Source of the DNA: a virus
Strand: one strand, 5' to 3'
Virus record (IMG/VR): IMGVR_UViG_3300020050_017826
Span: 1-36,348 of that record
DNA length: 36,348 nt
Part shown: one piece after another, positions 1 to 6,243 of the stretch
Numbering within the stretch: position 1 is the stretch's first letter
How the letters are laid out: each line of letters opens with the position of its first letter
Position numbers and translations under genes: made by a program
The notes under the pieces: model-generated
What the model saw: only the letters and a program-made list of their open reading frames with translations
Databases searched by the model: none
Told to the model about the DNA's origin: nothing

Positions 1-121
1 CATACAGGAAGACTGTGGGTGGCCCGGAAGTACAAAGCTCCATCAACAGCTTGCTGGAAAAAGCAACATCCTTCCAAGGTGGGAAGTACGCAGCTCTTTT
101 GGATGCTGCTACGAAGAGTGG
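1..121. repeat. Terminal direct overlap, left copy (identical to 36228..36348)
   Basis: The 121 nt at the left end recur exactly at the right end. This is the signature of a circular or circularly permuted genome written as a linear contig. Unique length is 36227 bp. Confidence 0.95.
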
Positions 122-200
122 GAGTGTTCAAGCTCTCTTGGGTGCTCTTTTCAAACGTGACCCGGAATTTGGAGCATACCTTCAAGGCGAGGGACAGTAA
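1..200 (+). CDS. 3' end of the junction-spanning internal virion/ejection protein gene (continues 34997..36348; only 122..200 is unique sequence)
   Basis: Once the 121-nt overlap is superposed, the frame of ORF 15..200 is the same frame that runs open off the right end. TAA at 198..200. Confidence 0.6.
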   Translation, partial: YRKTVGGPEVQSSINSLLEKATSFQGGKYAALLDAATKSGSVQALLGALFKRDPEFGAYLQGEGQ

Positions 201-202
201 AA

Positions 203-439
203 ATGGAAGATTTTCGAGATTACAAGCTTCTCATATTGAAAGAGCTGGAGAACATAAACAACAGTATGCATGAGATTAAGGTTCTCCTGAGTCGCCACGA
301 CAAGCGCCATGAGGAAACAGATGTGCGCATCACGAAGATTGAGCATGACTTTAAGTGGACCACAAAGCTCGTGGGGTTCGTATACACTCTTCTTGCGGGT
401 GTGACGGCGTTTTTTGCCTCGAAGCTTCTCAAGGGGTGA
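203..439 (+). CDS. Small tail-anchored membrane protein, first gene of the lysis block (holin/antiholin candidate)
   Basis: 78 aa with ATG preceded by GAGGGA. Charged helical N-terminal two thirds and a single C-terminal TM helix (LVGFVYTLLAGVTAFFASKLL). Lies two genes upstream of the endolysin. Confidence 0.45.
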   Translation: MEDFRDYKLLILKELENINNSMHEIKVLLSRHDKRHEETDVRITKIEHDFKWTTKLVGFVYTLLAGVTAFFASKLLKG

Positions 440-447
440 TCATAAGT

Positions 448-882
448 ATGATCAAACAACATTACAAAAAAGTGCTTTTAGTCCTGGTGCTGTGTGCTGC
501 TAGCTTTAGCGCGGGAAAGTTCTTTTCACACCCTTCTAGCGTAAAGGAGCAAAGTAAGGTTGATGCGAAGAAGGAAGAAAAAAAGAACATCGCGAGAGTT
601 GTGGTGAGAGAGAAAGTTACTCTTCCATCAGGTGAGGTAAGGGAAAAAGTGGTGGAAACACTAGATGTGAAGAGTGAAGCCAAGAGTGAAGTGAAGGAAG
701 AAAAACTCAAGGTGGTGAAGTATGACGCTCCTCGGAATTTCATCTTTGGTGGAGTGAGTCAAAGAGGATCTTATGGGGTGGGATACTCACGCAGAGTGTT
801 AGGTCCATTAGATTTAGGTGTTTTTATATCACACTCCCCGCGAGAGAATCTTGCGGTGGGCTTCGTGGGGTTGCGGTTCTAA
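448..882 (+). CDS. Envelope protein with N-terminal signal/anchor, Lys/Glu-rich linker and C-terminal beta-rich region ending in Phe (spanin-like candidate)
   Basis: Internal ATG at 448 of ORF 355..882 gives MIKQHYKKVLLVLVLCAASFSAGKFF (signal or TM). The middle is KEEKK/EVKEEK-rich. The C-terminus ...ENLAVGFVGLRF shows the alternating hydrophobic pattern with terminal Phe typical of OM beta-barrel beta-signals. Confidence 0.45.
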   Translation: MIKQHYKKVLLVLVLCAASFSAGKFFSHPSSVKEQSKVDAKKEEKKNIARVVVREKVTLPSGEVREKVVETLDVKSEAKSEVKEEKLKVVKYDAPRNFIFGGVSQRGSYGVGYSRRVLGPLDLGVFISHSPRENLAVGFVGLRF

Positions 883-899
883 GCAACATCGCATATAAT
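871..899 (+). promoter_or_regulatory. sigma70-like promoter TTGCGG-N17-TATAAT ending 7 nt before ATG 907 (leaderless endolysin mRNA candidate)
   Basis: TTGCGG at 871..876, 17-nt spacer, TATAAT at 894..899, then ctaagtc and the ATG. There is no Shine-Dalgarno before 907. Confidence 0.45.
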
Positions 900-906
900 C
901 TAAGTC

Positions 907-1323
907 ATGAAGAAAATTTTCACCCCCGAGAGCTTTTTGAAGGGTATTGCGCTAAACCGCCTTCCCGCAGCGACTCAAGAAAACCTCCTTTACCTTGCTA
1001 GCAAGTGCAATCTCCTGGAAATCGCCTTCGAGCATGACCTCACCATTACGAGTGGGTATCGCTCTCCAGAGGACCAATACCGCATATATCGCGAGAAAGG
1101 TGTGACGGATACAAGCAAAGTGCCGATGGGCTCATCTCATCTTAAAGGCCTGGCGTGTGATTTTGCAGACACGCATGGTTTGCTTGATCTCTTCCTTTCT
1201 CGAAACAACGGGGAGATGCTGGTGAAGTTAGGACTATACCTCGAACACCCAGATAGCACCCCAGGGTGGACTCACATCCAGCTCAACGCACCCAAGAGTG
1301 GTAAGAGGATATTCTATCCGTAG
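907..1323 (+). CDS. Endolysin, peptidase M15 family (zinc D-Ala-D-Ala carboxypeptidase-like / L-Ala-D-Glu peptidase fold)
   Basis: 138 aa. Motifs SGYRSPEDQ, SSHLKGLACDF (SxHxxGxAxD) and C-terminal GWTHIQL match the M15 (Peptidase_M15_3-type) zinc-binding H/D/H pattern. Confidence 0.8.
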   Translation: MKKIFTPESFLKGIALNRLPAATQENLLYLASKCNLLEIAFEHDLTITSGYRSPEDQYRIYREKGVTDTSKVPMGSSHLKGLACDFADTHGLLDLFLSRNNGEMLVKLGLYLEHPDSTPGWTHIQLNAPKSGKRIFYP

Positions 1324-1335
1324 GAGTAACTCGCG

Positions 1336-1635
1336 CTAGCTGTTGAGGTCAATCTTGCCTTTAGACCACCCAAGACCAAAAGCTCTTTTTGGTGTGAGAG
1401 GTTTCGGATTGCGCTTCATTTTTGCATTCACCCACTCACGTACAAAAGTTTTTAAACTCACTTTGAACGTGGAGTGATCGCTTTCCAGCGTAATTTGGTT
1501 CTTAGCTGTACTCACAACAAGAGCACGAATGCTGGTGTTTTTGCGAGCGTAGAACCATTCTCCTACGATGCTAGGAGAGCTTTGAGAATGCTTCTTCCCA
1601 AGAAGTGGGATTACTAGCGGCTTTTTCTTTCTCAT
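1336..1635 (-). CDS. Hypothetical basic protein
   Basis: 99-aa ORF with ATG at 1635, very basic. Its 5' end overlaps the 3' end of the upstream gene by 65 nt in another frame. No recognisable motif. Confidence 0.35.
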   Translation of the reverse strand: MRKKKPLVIPLLGKKHSQSSPSIVGEWFYARKNTSIRALVVSTAKNQITLESDHSTFKVSLKTFVREWVNAKMKRNPKPLTPKRAFGLGWSKGKIDLNS

Positions 1636-2446
1636 TCTTCTCTTTCTGTCCAGCTGGGGTGGTTGGAAGCTTTGTACCCTTCATCAAGTGTTCTTTGATT
1701 TTCACCATCACGGCATCATCTAGGACGACCCCAAGTTCTTCCGGGGAGAGATCCAGCAAGTAGTCCTTCACGTTTGAAACGAACTTCTTGGAGTACTCAT
1801 CGTGGTATGGGATGAGGGAAGGGCTGTCTTCACCATCACCGTCATACTCAGCGTGGTCCTGGAGGAAGGACTTTAAAAACTCTTCCTTCACCTTGGGTTT
1901 TTCTAGACGTTTGTTCTTTTTTAAGAGTTCCGCAAGCTCGATATCATACTTAGCTTTAAGCTTAGCCACACGCTCATCATACTTACGCTGGTCTTCACGT
2001 TGTTTGTAGGTTAGGTTTTCTTCTTCCAGAGCTTTTAGGCGCTTGGCCTCGGGGGAGAGTTGGCTATACTCGAATTGCTCCACAACATACTTCGAGGCAG
2101 CTTCGTAGGGGTCCATACCAGCTTCCTTCAAAGCATCCCATGGTTTGCTCTTTAATTTATTCAAAACACTCTCGCTTTTGCTTTTGATCTCATTCGCTTC
2201 TTTTAAACGTTTGTCCGCAGCTAGGGCCTTTTGAAGCCGTGCATGTACTTCATTGTCATCGAACTCATACTCTTGTGCTTGGCCGTCTACCTCGAACTTG
2301 AACTTGCGCTTCTGTGCTGGAGTGAGGTTTTGCTCTTGTCCTCCTTTTGGAGCTTGAGTACCAGAAGAGTCATTTACGATGGAACCATTTTCACCACTTG
2401 AGGTGGGTGAAGAACCGTTAGAATTTTCCGACATACTTGAGATCAT
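1571..2446 (-). CDS. Scaffolding-like protein (acidic, coiled-coil)
   Basis: ORF 1571..2494. ATG 2494 lies about 4 nt from the predicted transcription start, so ATG 2446 (MISSMSENS...) or 2434 is more likely. Ser/Gly-rich N-terminus followed by long K/E-rich helical segments and an acidic patch. Divergent from and adjacent to the capsid gene. Confidence 0.4.
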   Translation of the reverse strand: MISSMSENSNGSSPTSSGENGSIVNDSSGTQAPKGGQEQNLTPAQKRKFKFEVDGQAQEYEFDDNEVHARLQKALAADKRLKEANEIKSKSESVLNKLKSKPWDALKEAGMDPYEAASKYVVEQFEYSQLSPEAKRLKALEEENLTYKQREDQRKYDERVAKLKAKYDIELAELLKKNKRLEKPKVKEEFLKSFLQDHAEYDGDGEDSPSLIPYHDEYSKKFVSNVKDYLLDLSPEELGVVLDDAVMVKIKEHLMKGTKLPTTPAGQKEKNEKEKAASNPTSWEEAFSKLS

Positions 2447-2480
2447 AGGGGGATTTCTTCGCGTGGTCAAGCAAAAAGCG

Positions 2481-2497
2481 CCATACCATACCATACA
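2481..2497. repeat. Tandem CCATA x3 (ccataccataccataca) in the 5' leader of the scaffold-like gene
   Basis: Read directly. It contains the 8-mer ACCATACA, which recurs at 28806, 29261 and 29296 in non-coding DNA. Confidence 0.8.
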
Positions 2498-2508
2498 ATA
2501 CGCTTGAC

Positions 2509-2524
2509 TGCAAACTCTGTGCCA
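2509..2524 (-). promoter_or_regulatory. sigma54-type -24/-12 promoter TGGCAC-AGAGT-TTGCA for the scaffold-like gene
   Basis: The reverse complement of 2509..2524 is an exact match to TGGCAC-N5-TTGCA. It is intergenic, 63 nt upstream of ATG 2446. An alternative sigma70 reading is TTGCAG-N17-TATGGT. Confidence 0.5.
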
Positions 2525-2540
2525 TGCTACTCTTCGTGTG

Positions 2541-2556
2541 TGGCACTACTTTTGCG
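2541..2556 (+). promoter_or_regulatory. sigma54-type -24/-12 promoter TGGCAC-TACTT-TTGCG for the major capsid gene
   Basis: Exact TGGCAC-N5-TTGC match, 77 nt upstream of ATG 2633. Only 16 bp separate its -24 box from that of the divergent promoter. A weaker sigma70 alternative is TTGACT(2504)-N18-TACTCT. Confidence 0.5.
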
Positions 2557-2632
2557 TGTCTCTGGGACGAGTGGCTCTATCCCTAAAGTGATTTACCCTT
2601 AACATTGAAAAAGAAAATGGAGTACCAGTAAA

Positions 2633-3895
2633 ATGGCACAAGATAATACCCCAGATGCAATAAATAGCATCGCTAAACCGGTGTTCGCACAGAGCATTGT
2701 GGACTTAACCCCGGAAATCAACTTTTTGCTCAAAAACGTACCTTTCGTGGCTAGTGAAAAGCAGCTTGGAAGATACTATGAACAACCCACTATTTTGACC
2801 GAAGACCAAGGCTTCACGTATGCAGATGAAGATGATGGTATTTATGATCTAAATGACTCCATCGCGATGACGATTAAAAGCGCCATTGCGGTTGGTCAAC
2901 AGATCACCGGCAAGAGTGTGGTGTCGTACAAAGAAGCCGCTGTAGCTGTGAGTGCGGGAAAGATTGCATACAAGAGTTCAATTCAAGTCCGAATGGAAAG
3001 CTTGGGCAATACTGCGGCGAAACGTATGGAAATCGCCATGATCTACGGAAGAGCCGCTACCGGCTTGGGTCGAAGCGTGACCGGAACGACTTTGAGCTCG
3101 ACTCAGTTTCGGTTTGTGCTTCCAACCTCCCAATGGAGTGACCACATCTGGGCAGTTTCCCAGAATGCTGAGTTGATTGGGTACAATGACACCGGTTCGG
3201 CAATTAACGCCACCCCAGTGTCGGTGTATGATGTCGATGGTGTGAACTTTTACGTCAAAGTGAGTGGCTCCACGACCGCTATCACTGCAATCAACTCCGG
3301 CATCGCGGCTGGGATCAACCTGTTCTTCCGCAGTGCGTATGGCAAGGAAATGTATGGTTTGGATGCAATGGCGAGTGCAACTGGCACGCTTTTTGGCATT
3401 GACACCTCGCTTTACCCACTGTGGAGAGGAAACGTTGTCGCTACTTCTGGTGCGATGACGCTAGCAAAGTTGCTAAAGCTAATCATCCCAGCCCTTGTAA
3501 AAGGTATGTCTGGGGAGTGTTATGCTCTGGTGAACTATGGCACGTTTGCCAATTTGGCTAACGACGAAAGTGCCTTGGTTCGCTATGGTGCTAGCTTGGA
3601 CGACAAAAACGCCGAACGTGGTTCAAAGACCATCACCTTCCGCTACCAAAGGGGTTTGATTAAGATCGTCTCCCACCCAGTGGTGAAGAACGGTGAAATG
3701 TTCGTGTGTCAGGCTGACACGCTTTCTCGTGTAGGTGCGACCGACTTGACGTTTGGACGCCCTGGCAAAGAAGGTGTTGTATTTACGGACTTGGAGAGCA
3801 AAAACGGCTTCCAGTTCCGTGTGTATGCTGACCAAGCGATTTTCTGCTCACGCCTTGGTGTGATCACGAAAGTCACTGGCATCGTGAATGCGTAA
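2633..3895 (+). CDS. Major capsid protein (HK97-fold inferred)
   Basis: 420 aa with GGAG upstream. It is the only capsid-sized candidate gene in the genome. It has its own promoter and is followed by the strongest terminator in the window. A scaffold-like gene is adjacent. Assigned by position, size and composition, not by a diagnostic motif. Confidence 0.6.
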   Translation: MAQDNTPDAINSIAKPVFAQSIVDLTPEINFLLKNVPFVASEKQLGRYYEQPTILTEDQGFTYADEDDGIYDLNDSIAMTIKSAIAVGQQITGKSVVSYKEAAVAVSAGKIAYKSSIQVRMESLGNTAAKRMEIAMIYGRAATGLGRSVTGTTLSSTQFRFVLPTSQWSDHIWAVSQNAELIGYNDTGSAINATPVSVYDVDGVNFYVKVSGSTTAITAINSGIAAGINLFFRSAYGKEMYGLDAMASATGTLFGIDTSLYPLWRGNVVATSGAMTLAKLLKLIIPALVKGMSGECYALVNYGTFANLANDESALVRYGASLDDKNAERGSKTITFRYQRGLIKIVSHPVVKNGEMFVCQADTLSRVGATDLTFGRPGKEGVVFTDLESKNGFQFRVYADQAIFCSRLGVITKVTGIVNA

Positions 3896-3924
3896 GTAGG
3901 ATTTTTCTCAAAAGTCCCACCTTG

Positions 3925-3969
3925 AGGGGGTCTTTCTGGTTAACTCTAGAAAGACCCCCTTTCTTTTTC
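3925..3969 (+). terminator. Rho-independent terminator after the capsid gene
   Basis: Perfect 13-bp stem AGGGGGTCTTTCT (3925..3937) / AGAAAGACCCCCT (3948..3960) with a 10-nt loop, followed by TTCTTTTTC. Confidence 0.85.
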
Positions 3970-3976
3970 ACTTTCA

Positions 3977-4006
3977 TTGCAACCTCTGTGCCAAGTGTGA
4001 TAAAAT
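3977..4006 (+). promoter_or_regulatory. sigma70-like promoter TTGCAA-N18-(TGa)TAAAAT ending 6 nt before ATG 4013 (leaderless candidate)
   Basis: TTGCAA at 3977..3982, extended -10 TGATAAAAT at 3998..4006, then cacgaa and the ATG. There is no Shine-Dalgarno. The gene needs its own promoter because it follows the terminator. Confidence 0.45.
3978..3993 (-). promoter_or_regulatory. sigma54-type match TGGCAC-AGAGG-TTGCA on the minus strand, antisense to the capsid gene
   Basis: The reverse complement is an exact TGGCAC-N5-TTGCA match. It overlaps the plus-strand promoter candidate above, and no minus-strand gene lies downstream of it. Confidence 0.3.
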
Positions 4007-4012
4007 CACGAA

Positions 4013-5158
4013 ATGGCAGTCACACTCACAGTCAATGGTAGCTCTTTCTCGTACCCCTCGCTTGAAACGGATACTTTTTGGGGAGCTGCGGCAACTGGGT
4101 GGGCTCAGGCTGTTACGAATGGGATGCTCCAGAAGGCCGGAGGAAGCTTCACCCTTACCGCGAATGTGGACTTTGGCGCATCGTTTGGTCTGAAGTCGCT
4201 GCACTTTTCCTCCCGCACATCTAACCCTTCAAGTGCCGGTCTGATTCGCCTTGCAAATGTTGATACCTTTGGGTTTCGCAACGCCGCAAACTCTGCGGAT
4301 CTTCTTTTCAGCATCAACCCCGCGAATGATCACCTTCTTTTTAACGGCATAGACCTAAGCGCTTCTTCTTCTAGTGGTAATGTTGTGGGACCAGTTAGTT
4401 CTACGGACAATGCGTTGGTTCGATTTGATGGCATAACGGGTCAGATTATTCAGAATTCCTCAGTAGTTGTATCTGATGCGGGAGAAATAACTGGCGTTAC
4501 AACGATAAATGCAGCTGGAACTACGACTTTTGGTGCAACAGTAGCAACAGGAACAGCGGCTGCAAATGCGCTAACGTCGGCAACCACGGCAGTTTTAGGC
4601 ACAGGCGTTTCAACCACAACCACCCCCGACATGACCATTAACGCCAACACGGGTGACGCGACGATTCGCTTGCAGGTAAACAATGCTGCGGCAAACGCTT
4701 GGGATATCAGAAACGACAATTCAGATGCAGATGCATATTGTTTAGAGTACAATGCTATTCAACGATATAATTTCAAAGCCACAGGTTTGACGGCGATTAA
4801 ATTTGACAGCACTAATATCAGTTCCAGTTCAACCCCTGTGTCTAACACAATATACCCAAACACGCTAATCAAAGCCTGGGCGAATACAACTTCAGCAGGA
4901 GTTATATTGGATGCAAATAATTTAACGTGCTCCAGCGGTTCCACTGGCCAATATACTTATACATTTAAGGTTCCTATGGCAAGCACTAATTATGCTGTAA
5001 TTGTTACTGTAGAGGACACAGCTACGGGCTATATTGCGTCTGTCGCGACCACTACATTTTCAGGAAAAACAGTTAATTCATTTCTTGTAAATGTGGTGAC
5101 TAATTCTAATGCATTTGTGAATGCGCGGCATTCCGTGATGGTTATCGGTCAGCAGTAA
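4013..5158 (+). CDS. Tail fibre-like protein
   Basis: 381 aa. The N-terminus (TVNGSSFSYPS..TFWGAAATGWAQAVTNG) resembles conserved phage fibre N-termini as I recall them. The remainder is Thr/Ser/Ala/Asn-rich beta-type sequence. Confidence 0.5.
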   Translation: MAVTLTVNGSSFSYPSLETDTFWGAAATGWAQAVTNGMLQKAGGSFTLTANVDFGASFGLKSLHFSSRTSNPSSAGLIRLANVDTFGFRNAANSADLLFSINPANDHLLFNGIDLSASSSSGNVVGPVSSTDNALVRFDGITGQIIQNSSVVVSDAGEITGVTTINAAGTTTFGATVATGTAAANALTSATTAVLGTGVSTTTTPDMTINANTGDATIRLQVNNAAANAWDIRNDNSDADAYCLEYNAIQRYNFKATGLTAIKFDSTNISSSSTPVSNTIYPNTLIKAWANTTSAGVILDANNLTCSSGSTGQYTYTFKVPMASTNYAVIVTVEDTATGYIASVATTTFSGKTVNSFLVNVVTNSNAFVNARHSVMVIGQQ

Positions 5159-5175
5159 CTAGTCGCCTACGAACT

Positions 5176-5727
5176 CTAACGCTTAGAAGCTAAAATCCTA
5201 GCTCGCAGCTCAAGGTTTTCGGGAAAAGAGTATACTTCCTCAAGAAACTCATCCTGCATGCTTCTGATCATAAGATACTCCACCAAAGCAGCTTCGTTGT
5301 CGGGCATGTAGAAGTATCCCTCATCAGGACTGAGGAAGATGATGTTCTTCTCATCTTCTTCATGCACCATGATGATGAAGCCGTTTGGAGCTTGACGCAC
5401 AAGCATTAAGCCTTCATGTAACACAAGGTCATTCTGGCGATGTTGGTAGAATCCCGTAGCGACTTTGCCTTTGATAAAAATCGGACCAAGCAAAGTGGAT
5501 GCTCCTATGTTCGCGCTTGGGCCAACATACACTTCTCCGTCACTAGCATCCAAGCATGTGATGGCTGGGGCACGGAAAGTTGCTCGAGGGTCGATAAAAA
5601 TATGCTTCTCATTCACCAAAATGAGATGTGGCTTTACGAAGAGCCTGAAGTACACCCATGCTTTGAAGTAGATCGCATTTTCACGCAGAAGTTTAATCTT
5701 AGCTTTGAGTTTGTACTTGAGCTGCAT
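5176..5727 (-). CDS. Hypothetical protein
   Basis: 183 aa with ATG 5727 preceded by GGAGG. It is the last gene of the leftward train and converges on the fibre gene. Confidence 0.6.
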   Translation of the reverse strand: MQLKYKLKAKIKLLRENAIYFKAWVYFRLFVKPHLILVNEKHIFIDPRATFRAPAITCLDASDGEVYVGPSANIGASTLLGPIFIKGKVATGFYQHRQNDLVLHEGLMLVRQAPNGFIIMVHEEDEKNIIFLSPDEGYFYMPDNEAALVEYLMIRSMQDEFLEEVYSFPENLELRARILASKR

Positions 5728-5923
5728 TTTGAACCTCCTTTAAAATTTCCTTGAAACGTTTGTCAAGTATAACCGTCGCTGCGCTTTTCGTGCTAATGAA
5801 CAAAACCTGACCTTCAGCGGTGTGGATTTGCCAGTAGCCATTTTCAAGCGTATGTGCAATGGCATTGTACTTTCTAAAGTCAGTTTCGTTCCTGTATACG
5901 ATTATTGCGTATGAATTTTCCAT
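5699..5923 (-). CDS. Hypothetical protein
   Basis: 74 aa with ATG preceded by AGGAGA. Confidence 0.55.
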   Translation of the reverse strand: MENSYAIIVYRNETDFRKYNAIAHTLENGYWQIHTAEGQVLFISTKSAATVILDKRFKEILKEVQNAAQVQTQS

Positions 5924-5934
5924 TTTTTCTCTCC

Positions 5935-6243
5935 TTAGTGTAGCGTTCCTGTGTTTTGATCTAAGTGCGGGTCAAGTTCCATGTAGACTTCATAAAAAGG
6001 CTGACCCAAGCTTTGGCCCTTCAACTTGCTCACCAAACTCAAGATGTACACTAGCTTCTTCGTGTCTACTTTGGAGAAGTTCTGTGAAGGAATACTAACA
6101 TACACTTCTTGCACGAAGTCATTCAAAAGCGCACTCACTTCCAGCGTAATTTCACCCACGCTTGTTTTGGTGTGGTATTCTTCTAAGATCAAATCCTGAA
6201 TTGTTTCTAAATCCACCGGCCCACTTGGTTCTAGTTTTTTCAT
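5935..6243 (-). CDS. Hypothetical protein
   Basis: 102 aa. Its ATG overlaps the upstream stop (ATGA). Confidence 0.55.
   Translation of the reverse strand: MKKLEPSGPVDLETIQDLILEEYHTKTSVGEITLEVSALLNDFVQEVYVSIPSQNFSKVDTKKLVYILSLVSKLKGQSLGQPFYEVYMELDPHLDQNTGTLH

Noticed and set aside
1571-1635. The 65-nt overlap between the scaffold-like gene and the 99-aa ORF as a programmed frameshift site.
   Set aside because: The downstream frame is +1 relative to the upstream one. I see no X XXY YYZ slippery heptamer in the zero frame and no obvious stimulatory structure. Independent initiation at ATG 1635 is simpler.
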